The translations under genes and the position numbers were made by a program. Below the pieces are notes generated by a model. That model was not told the origin of the DNA and made no database searches. It was given only the letters and a program-made list of their open reading frames with translations. 64,000 bases of DNA from Felis catus (Eukaryota), in NCBI RefSeq assembly GCF_018350175.1, contig NC_058381.1, forward strand, positions 18,042,001-18,106,000, in the 5' to 3' direction. Positions within the stretch are counted from its first letter, which is position 1. Every line of letters starts with the position of its first letter. Positions 32,744-64,000 of this stretch are shown one piece after another.

Positions 32744-35700
32744 TGAGCAGGGGAGGAGCAGAGAGAGACAAGGGGACAGAGGATCCAAAGCAGGCTCTGT
32801 GCTGAGACCAGACAGCCCGATGTGGGGCTCGAGCCCATGAACTGTGAGATCATGACCTGAACTGAAGTTGAATGCTTAACCGACTGAGTCACCCAGGTGC
32901 CCCTCAAATACTTTTTTAAAAAAGTTTATTTTGGGGGGCACCTGGGTGGCTCAGTCGGTTAGCTGTCTGGCTTTGGCTCAGGTCATGATCTCACTGTTCC
33001 CCAGTTCAAGCCCCACATCGGGCTCTGTGCGGACAGCTCAGAGCCTGGAGCCTGCTTCTGATTCTGTGTCTCCCTCTCTCTGCCCCTCCCCCGCTCATGC
33101 TCCATCTCTCTCAAAAATAATAAAACATTTAAAAATAATGTTTATTTTTGAGAGAGAGATGTGTGTGCAGGAGGGGGAGGGGCAGAGAGAGGGAGAGAGA
33201 GAGACTCCCCAGCAGGCTCCATCTGCACTGTCAGCACAGAACCCAACTCGGGGCTTGATCTCATCAACTGTGAAATCATGACCTGAGCCGAGATCAAGAG
33301 CTGGACACTTAACTGACTGAGCCACTGATGTGCCCCTCAAATATTTTTTATTTTTGAGAGAGCGAGCACACAGGGGAGGGGCAGAGAGAGAAGGGGACAG
33401 AGGATTTGAAGCTCTATGCTGACACCAAAGAGCCTGATGGGGGGGTCTAACTCACAAAGTGTGAGCTGAAGTCAGACCTTAGCCGAATGAGCCACCCAGA
33501 CACCCCACCCCTCAAGTACCTTTAAGGCCACTTGGACTAACACACCCCCAGGCTGGGTTAACTCCTGGCTGGTGGTCAGGGTGAGGTTTTGTCCTGTTCC
33601 ACCCCTCGTAGAGGCTAAAGGCTTGGTCCTCCTGGCCTGTATGGAGGGAGTAAGCCAGCCAGAGGACCCCATACCAGCTTGTCCTGGAACTCATCAGTGC
33701 CTGCTCACTTCTTCCTCCAGGGGTGGGTGGAGCTGGAGTTCAAGGGGGACCTGCAGGAAGGTGCCCTGTCCTCTGTCCTGGTACATGGAGCCACTTGCAG
33801 GCTCACCTTTTAGATGGTGGCCTGAGGGAGAGCCATTGGTAGACTGGAGCTTTAGGCGGGGTCAGAGGGGAGGTGGTGGGGGTAGAGGCCGGGAGATTCC
33901 AGTGTGTCCAGGGCTTATGTTCGCCTGGGTGAAAGATGTGGAGCTCTTCTCCAGGGCCTTCCCCAAATCCCAAATCCTCACCCCAGCGGCTTCTCCCCTG
34001 TGCCCTGGGACCTGTGCTGGCTACAAGAGGTGAAAGGGGTCAGGCGGGGGCCGGTGTTTTAAGTCTGTGGCTCTGAGGACTGGGAGCGGGAAGAGATGGG
34101 ATGCGGAATGGGACCTTGATGAGTGTGGAGCAGAGAAAGAATGGAGGGTGAGCATGTGGACAGAGAAGCGAGAAAAGTGAGGAGAGGTGTCAGGGGGAGG
34201 AGAGGCTTGGAGAAGAGGAGGGAAAGAAAGCACCAAAGTCAGGAGAGGCTGAGGAGTGGGACCTAATCTGCCTTTCACAGCAGGTCTCGGGGCTGGAGTG
34301 ACTTCGGGGCTGAGGGGTAGGGGGTGGGTTTCCTGGCCTGTGCAGGGCAGGCTGGGGACTCTGAAGGGGTGTTCCTGTCTGCCATGTGGCTCCACAGTCT
34401 GCTGGCCCGAGGACCTTCCAAGACCCAGGCAGCCCGTGGAGGGCCCGGGTAGGATAGGCTCCCAGAGGAGGCAGAGAGTGGGAGAGGTGGGTGGCACAGG
34501 GCAGCAAGGGGGACTCAGTAAGACATCTTCCTGGGGGTCTGTGGGGGGTGGGGCGTGGGGCGCGAGGGCAGACAGGCAGATGGGCGCAGGGGAGCTGTGG
34601 GGGAAGAAAGGTACATAGTTCCCACTGGAGGGTTACCCGCCTGAAGCAGAAAGCTGCCAGAGGTGGTGGGGTGGCAGCAGGTGCATTTGGTGAAGCCTTT
34701 AGATTGAGCTATGGGAGGGGAGACCCAGGGGCATGCTGCTGCCACCGCCCCGGTGTGACCCAGACTCCCGCCCTCTCAGGTGAATTCAAGGACCCGGACA
34801 GGTGCTGCTGGAAACACAAACAGTGCACCGGGCACATCATCCACCCCTTCACCCCTGACTGTGGCCACCGTAGCCTGCACCTGCACTCTGTCAGCCACTG
34901 CGACTGTGATTCTAGGTAAGGGCCCTCCTTTTTGGGGGGGCCCAGAGCCCAGGACAGACTCCTGGGCAGAGCCAGGCCCGAACTTCCCCTGTGTTTCCCC
35001 GCTTCAGCTCTAACCTGGCACTGCCAGCCCAGCCCCGGCTTTGTAAACCTTGCTCCGCTCCAGAGCGATGGGAAGGTCTTTGGGCAGCCGGGGCTGAGCC
35101 GGGCAGAAGCCAGCCGTCCCTCAGGCTCCTCCCTCCGGGCCCCCGGGGGGTCACGGAGGCCTGGGAGCCACGCTGAGTCCTCTGTGTGGCAGGCTGAAGG
35201 ACTGCTCAGAGAAGGCAAACAGCAGCAGCTCCCAAGACGTAGGCCCAACCTGCTCCCGAGATGTGGGCTCAACATGTTTAAACATCATCCAGTCCCCTTG
35301 CTTTGAGCTCATCCCAGAGGAAGAGTGTGTGCAGCGGTTCTGGTACGGCTGGTGAGTGCCAACAGGCTGACAGGGGCGGCACTAAGGGGCACCAGCCCCC
35401 CCCCCCCCCCCGCCAACTCTGTGACAATCTTCTCTTTTCCTGTCCCCCTCCCTCCCAGGTGCAAAAGCTATAGGCCTGTCTCTGTGGCAGTGATCCACCA
35501 TCCCATCCACCATGACTGTGGGGCAGACGATCTGAATGAAGAAGAGGAGGAGGAGGAGGAGGGGGAGGAGGAGGAGGAGGAAGAGGGAAGCACGCCTCCC
35601 ATCCCGACCCAGGTGGGGCCCGCCACCACACCCGCTGACACAGGCATGGGTGCAGTCACAGGTACCCCGGACTCAGCAGCTCCCATCACTATCTGGCGCT

Positions 35701-36137
35701 CTGAGAGCCCCACAGGGAAGTCCCAGGGCAATAAAGTGATCAAGAAGGTAAAGAAGAAAAAAGAAAAAGAGAAAGACAAGGAGGAGGAGACAGATGAGAA
35801 GGCAAAGCTGAAGAAAAAAGCCAAGAAGGGCAAACTGATTAAGAAGAAAAGCCCAGTTAAATTGGAATCTCCACCTCCAGACTTGACCCGATCAGTAAGC
35901 CCAAGAGAGTTGGCCAGGATGTCAGAGTCCAGCCCAGACAGCCGGGAAGACCTGGAGAGTGAGGACAGTTACAATGACCCCAGGCGGGAGGAACCCTCCA
36001 GCGAGGATATTGTGGAGTCTTCATTGCCCAGGAAGAGAGAGAACACGGCCCAGGCTAAGAAACCCAGGGCGAAGGCCTCACCAGTCAAGAAGGTCAAGAG
36101 GAAATCTCCCCCAGCATCAAACCCCAATCTCAGTTGA
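28696..36137 (+). CDS. PROCA1: Protein interacting with cyclin A1 (degenerate group III PLA2-like domain, poly-Glu, Lys-rich tail), 381 aa
   Basis: Exons 28696-28783, 31659-31742, 34780-34915, 35193-35351, 35459-36137 total 1146 nt, all GT-AG. MWVRTTLTIERWTKEK...DVNRLPSWER...DRCCWKHKQC...HCDCDSR...CKSYRPVSVAV...PPASNPNLS*. Confidence 0.95.
30076..30571. mobile_element. Head-to-head Can-SINE pair: 30076-30283(-) and 30373-30571(+), each with a TSD
   Basis: TSDs tattaacttgtcttt and ttagaatcaaaagca flank the two elements. Confidence 0.92.
31934..32185 (-). mobile_element. Can-SINE interrupted by N-gap 31950-32084
   Basis: Tail start before the gap and ...gactgagccacccaggcgc head after it. Confidence 0.8.
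32210..32410 (-). mobile_element. MIR fragment
   Basis: ccccattttgtggataaggaaatgaaagctcggagagg...cagctagtaagtg. Confidence 0.6.
32651..33505. mobile_element. Four stacked Can-SINEs: about 32651-32904(-), 32934-33135(+), 33136-33336(-), 33341-33505(-)
   Basis: Four heads and tails separated by repeats of the target motif ctcaa(g/a)ta(c/t)ttt. Confidence 0.9.
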
Positions 36138-36159
36138 GGCCAGGGCATCCAGGGTGAAG

Positions 36160-36165
36160 AATAAA
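36160..36165 (+). terminator. PROCA1 polyadenylation signal AATAAA (second candidate at 36503-36508)
   Basis: Canonical hexamer about 22 nt after the stop. Confidence 0.6.
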
Positions 36166-37656
36166 TGAGATCAAGCCTGTAGCTGACCCCCTGCTGCTAT
36201 TCTCTCTCCCTCCAACCTGTCACTTCTGTGGGGAGGGTGTGGGTTCTGGACACAGCTGGAGCCGAGGGGTCAGGGGGCTGCAGGAGTTTCTGAAGGGTAA
36301 TCTATCTTTCAGGAGGCAGTCCATGGGAAGGCAGGAGGGATGGCAAGGGAGGGGCACAGCCTGCTTCTCTGTAACATCCTAGGCTCAGGGCAAGAGAGGA
36401 GCACACCTGGGTGGGGTGGGAAGGAGGCGTCCCATCTCCTGGGAGACTGGTCTGTGTGAAATCCACTCGGGGACAGGCAGTACTGTCTGCAGCGACAGCC
36501 CTAATAAACTGAACCTTTTAACCCACTCTGTGCCACTGTGCCTGGCCTTTCCCTCCTCTAAGTGGCCCTTCGGAGGATGCTGGTAACACCAAAGGGAACA
36601 TGATCTTCCCAGCTCGTGCTCCTGCTAGGCCCTTCTAGACCTCTGTGCTGAAGGGAATAGAACTGAGTTCCTGGCAGAAGACCAGCCCTTCCCTCCCAAC
36701 TCTTGCCAACAGCCAAAGAGATCTTGAATGACAGGATGAAGTCAAGACGGGAAGCTCACCAAGTGTGGGCAGCAGTGACCTTTTCTGATTTCTCTGCTGA
36801 GCCCCAAATAGAGGAAAGGGAGGGGGAGAACCTCACTTTCTTAGCACCAACTTGCAAAGCTAGGAGAGGAGGCCCTTCTGAAGGAACACAGGAGACCAGG
36901 AGTCTGGAACAAAAAGAGGCAGTGAGGCAGGGGGAAGGGGCCGGGGCCAGGGCCAGGGTGTTGGCCGGTCCCAAGCAGGGAAGGCGGGGCGGGGACTGGC
37001 TTCCCCCACAACATCCCAGCACTTCCCTTTCCAGGGCGTGCGGGTGTGGTAGCAGGCGAGCATGGGGCCCATCCTGGGGCAGACATACTGGACTTGTGCA
37101 GAGGTACTATCGGAGACTGAGGCTCAGCTGGCAAAAAGAGTGCGGTAAGAGGTACAGGGGCTCAAGCTGAGAAGGGCCAAATTTACTCATGGCCCTTCCT
37201 TGCTGTGCCAGAGAAGGCTAGTGGGCAAGCAGATGGGGCGGGTGTGTGAGAGCGTAGGGACAGCGGCTAACGTGTACAGAGGACTGATGAGGTCCCAGGC
37301 CTCCCCTTGGCAGAGCGCTTTCACACATTCTCTGCCTCTGCAGCTGCCCCAGGGAGGCAGATGAGGCAGGTCTCGCTAGCTTCACCATACAGAGGAGATG
37401 GCTGGCTCGAGGACAACAGGAGTTCCCTCGGTTCCCTCAGGGCACAGGGCACAGGGCACAGGGCTGGGAAGTGGAGCACGGATTTGGCCCCGGGCGGTCA
37501 GATACAGAAGCTGCTTGCTGTTGAGTCACTGCCTCTCTGGTGGCCTGGAAGAACCAGGGGGAGCTGTCAGAGCTCCAAACCCAGCTTGGAAAGCCACCCT
37601 TCAAGAGCCGGAGTGTTGGAGAGAGAGGCTTTGCCAAATGCTCTGTAGAAACACTG

Positions 37657-37662
37657 TTTATT
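37657..37662 (-). terminator. SUPT6H polyadenylation signal AATAAA
   Basis: tttatt on the + strand, about 590 nt downstream of the SUPT6H stop. Confidence 0.65.
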
Positions 37663-38252
37663 CAAATGACAGGCAGGAAGCGGAGGCAGCAGCAGGTGGG
37701 TGAAGGCGGCCAGGCGGGGGCTGAGCAGGTTAGCACTGCTCCCGTGTCCCCTGCAATTCTGCTTTGATAGCCACCCAAGCTGTTGGCATCTGGGTCAGAA
37801 ACACCTTCCCTCCTCTCCCTCCTGCCCGAAACTGAATAAATAGCATTCCTCTCCCCACAAGAGCTGGGGGAGACTCATGTGCTGAGCTTGGTGCCCCGGG
37901 GTCACAGCCCAGAGTCAGGTGAGGGCAGAAGCTCAAAATGGCTTGTAGGGAGAATACAAAACTGTTCCACTCTCATTCTCGTCTTCCTCTTCTTCCTCCC
38001 CGCCACACTCCCCGCCCAGCCTGGTCCCAGAACAGGTGGTCGGTGAGGGCCTGGAGTGGGAGAATTGTCGCCTAGCTTACACTGAGCTCAAATTCCCAAG
38101 GCCATCCAGCTTGTCACCTATCCAGGCTGACCACCAGAGAGAACGTCAACTCACGCCACTTTATGGACAGAAAAGGCGGGACAGGGAGTGAGGCAGTGGG
38201 CGGCCGGGCTCTCCCAGCCTCAGAGGTAACCAGAGTCCTAGGAGCAGGCCCC

Positions 38253-60716
<22,464 letters not shown>

Positions 60717-60969
60717 CTAAGATGCCTAGAGAAGGAAGGAAGATGGGGATAGAAAAAATGAGACACGTGACTTCACAGAGCACTTTAAACCTTTCCACAA
60801 ACAGCCTTTTAGCCACGTGCCACTGCTCTGCCCCTCAATCATTTCCACCTAGGAAGGAGACAGTAAGACTCAGATGGCTTTCTCTCTTCCATTTTCCACT
60901 CTTCCCATGGTTACTCCTCTTACATGTGCCTTGAAAAAGAGGACTGATTACACAGAACTTCTCTACATA

Positions 60970-61462
60970 CAGTTGACTCGAAAACAGCAGGAGTTTGAAC
61001 TGCACGGTCCACTTATAGGCTTTAAAAAAATTTCTTTTTAATGTTTTTATTTATTTTTGAGAGAGACAGCACAAGCAGGGGAAGGGTAGAGAGAGGGAGA
61101 CACAGGATCTGAAGTAGGCTCCAGCCTCTGAGCTGTCAGCACAGAGCCAGACACGGGGCTAAAAATCCACGAGCCATGAGATCATGACCTGAGCTGAAGT
61201 CGGTGCTTAACTGACTGAGCCACCCAGGAGCCCCAGGTTTTTTCCGATAAACACAGCAGAGTACTGTAAACGGATTTTCTCTTCCATACAATTTTAACTT
61301 TTTTTTTTCTGGTTTACTTTAAGAATACAATATACAGTACATATACAAAATGTGTTAATTGAGGCTTTTGTAAAGTTTTCAGGGAGTCAAAAGTTATATG
61401 CAGATTTTCAACTGTGCAGGAGGCCAGTGCCCTTACCCCCTGCATTGTTCAAGGGTCAACTG
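60970..61462. mobile_element. Tigger2-like non-autonomous TcMar DNA transposon with a nested Can-SINE (about 61030-61235, -)
   Basis: TIRs CAGTTGACtcgaaaac... and ...gttcaagggtcaACTG, with TA on both sides. Family assignment from recall. Confidence 0.75.
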
Positions 61463-62261
61463 TATACCAAAGAATTTTATTTCACTTATCATTTGGGAGC
61501 AGGAATGGGTGAATGATGAAAGAATTAGTGTATGGATAATTATATAGGTTGGCATATGGTAGCAGTGATGTTATATGGCTTCTCATAAGAAATTTGGGAA
61601 ATGAGTGATAATGACAGGCACTTTCATGTACACTATACCTGGCTACTGGCAGAGCCAAAAGGAACATCCTTTTTAATGGATTAAACAACATTTCATGAAC
61701 TTGAGCCCCCTTATGTGAGTAGTGGTTGGGAGCAGTAGTGGGGTGGAGAAAGGGTCTCTTTAGAACCATTAGAACCATAACCCTATTTTTACCATTGACC
61801 TCTGCAGCAAAAAAAACACTTTGAAAACAACTTCTGTGGCCTACAAAATAAAGGCAACATACTTAACTGCAAAGATTGCTGGGCTTAAGAGGAGAAATCA
61901 AATCCTGGTTCCACCATCTGCCAGATATGTGAACTAAGCAAATTATTCAATTTGTCTGAATATCAGCTTCTTCATCTGGAAAAGAGGAATAGCACTACCT
62001 GCCTACCTCGCACAGTAGTTGAGAATATCACATGACACAAGGGAAAGAACCTAGTTTATGGCTTCAATACATGTTAAATGAGTTTGAATTTGAAACTTGG
62101 GCCTAATTTTCCTTAGCATTCTGTAATTCTGTACCAACTGATCCCAAATTTGTCTTTTGCTTCCCCATTTTCAGGCTCATCCAAAGCCTGGACATGGCAG
62201 TGGATAACCCCAGAACCCTAACCCTAACATGGAGTTTCCTGTGTCTTGTTTGGCTTTAAAG

Positions 62262-62478
62262 GTTTTATTTATTTTTGAGAAAGACAGAGAGCATAGCATA
62301 CATGTGCAAGCAAGGGAGGCAGACAGAGAGACAGAGAGAGGGAGAGAGAATATCCCAAGCAGATTCCACACTATCAGAGCAGAGCCTGATGCAGGGCTCG
62401 AAGTCACGAACTGTGAGATCACCACCTCAGCTGAAATCAAGAGTTGGATGTTTAACCGACTGAGCCACCGAGGCCCCC
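62262..62478 (-). mobile_element. Can-SINE
   Basis: tttatttatttttgag...ctgtgagatc...gactgagccaccgaggcccc. Confidence 0.88.
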
Positions 62479-63589
62479 ACACCTTGTAGGACTTTAAAAA
62501 ACAGCACGCATCTCACAAATCATAACATCAAGATCTTATTCTGGAATCTTGAAGCTGGCTGCTGATAAACTCAACATCACCCCTCACTTTGTCCTGAATG
62601 ATGGTCCACTGTATTTGTGCCCATTTTCTCCACTTAGACCATAAGCTTCTGGAAGTTAGAGACCATATCTAACTGAAGGGCTAATGAAAACCAAGAAAAC
62701 ATAAATGGCAACATGAAAGGCATTACAAGGCACTTGGTGACCCTGTACCAAATAAGCTGTACCTTCTAGGTGCTCTGTACAAAATAGGAACTGCTAAGTA
62801 TCTATCAAATAGATTACTTACTTTTCATATTAGTGCCACCTTCCCAGTGAAACATGGCAGTGGGATGGAAGAAAAGAGGAGGCTGGCTAACAGCTACTTG
62901 AAATGCTCTGAGCTCTAGAAGGAGCCTTAAATTCTGTGGCTCTAATTCTTCTGAAAATTACCCTTACTGGTATCAATTGATACCACAATCAATTAACCAA
63001 TGAACTCAAAAGAAACAAAACTGAAGGTACTGAGTTCTGTGTAAAGGGAGGGGCAATGATATGGTCTTATGTTCAATTTCAGGCTGAGGTTTCAGATGCC
63101 ATTCTTTTCAAGTTTTAATGAATGTCTACCATGTACATACATTTTGCTGAGACGTGGGGGTTTGAAGAGAAAAAGAATTGTTATCAAGGAGTTGACTTCT
63201 AGTAGAAAGACAGAGATATGAAAACAAATAAGGACCATAAAATAATTTTTTGTATTATATGCAGAGAGCAGGCATAGGAAGAGAACCAACCTACAACATT
63301 CACACAAAACCCAACCAAAACTAATATAGGCCTCTCCTTTAAGCAGTTAAAAAAAAAAAAAAAGTGCTCAGAGGAATAATAATCACACACCTACCAAGTT
63401 CCAGACACTTCAGAAATACCAATTAACCCCTACACTGATCTATGAGTTACAGTACACTTCTCTCTCCATTCAACAAAGGAGAAAACAGATCTCTTCAACA
63501 GAGATGAAGTCACTTGTTCAAGCTGACACAAATATCAACTGCAAGAGCTGAGATCTGGGTTAAGGTTTGTCTGTCTCCAAAGTCACAGT

Positions 63590-64000
63590 TGTTCTACTCT
63601 ATCAGTAGGTCTCTATGTGTAGTCCAGGGACCACCTCCTCCCTTATCTCATGAGTGTACAGTGGAGTTTTCTAGAGGTAATATGATGTAGTATCACAACA
63701 CTGAATGCAGAAGCAGGTATGAAAATCCAGCTATATTCTATTAAGGCAGACGTTAAAAAGAATTGGTGGGAAAAAAAGTAGAACAGTGTAACTCTTTTCA
63801 CTAATTTTGAAGAGTACAGTTTCCATAAAAGTATTGTTTATGTTAAAGTGTAGTGGGCTTATTTTTTCCTCCAGCTTTATTACATGATAGACATATGGAA
63901 CTGTAAGTTTAAGGTGTATATTGTGTTAATATACCCCTATACAGCAAAATAATTTCTTTTGTGCACTTGTTATAATTTTTAAATGAATTAATATACCCAA
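63590..64000. mobile_element. Old hAT-Charlie-like fragment (about 63590-63860) followed by an antisense L1 3' end (about 63865-64000)
   Basis: gaatgcagaagcaggtatgaaaatccagct...attaaggcagac; ttttcctccagctttatt...gtaagtttaaggtgta. Family names tentative. Confidence 0.45.

Overview
This is mammalian genomic DNA from a felid, judged from the abundant Can-SINE/SINEC_Fc elements. The draft assembly has 8 N-gaps. The window is syntenic with human 17q11.2, with gene order TRAF4(-, exons 1-2 only), NEK8(-, 15 exons, 698 aa), TLCD1(+, 4 exons, 247 aa), RPL23A(-, 5 exons, 156 aa, host of four C/D snoRNAs), RAB34/NARR(+, dual-coding, 259 aa and 188 aa), PROCA1(+, 5 exons, 381 aa) and SUPT6H(-, 36 coding exons, about 1724 aa, four exons partly or wholly in gaps). 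I placed all exon boundaries by hand and checked them for splice dinucleotides and frame. I found no wholly new multi-gene system; the region is well-known mammalian gene content. The best leads are: (1) a candidate alternative coding first exon in TRAF4 intron 1 that splices in frame and replaces most of the RING; (2) decay of two of the four RPL23A snoRNAs (SNORD42A, SNORD4B) while their paralogs stay intact; (3) the upstream RAB34-locus ATG being in frame with NARR rather than RAB34; (4) a very weak GC splice donor at the NEK8 kinase/RCC1 boundary; (5) TRAF4 regulatory elements embedded in NEK8 (an exonic perfect X-box and a p53 element in the 3' UTR); (6) PROCA1 as a group III PLA2 pseudo-enzyme with a His-Lys motif and an 8-aa tandem duplication. 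Comparisons to human orthologs are from recall and need checking by alignment.
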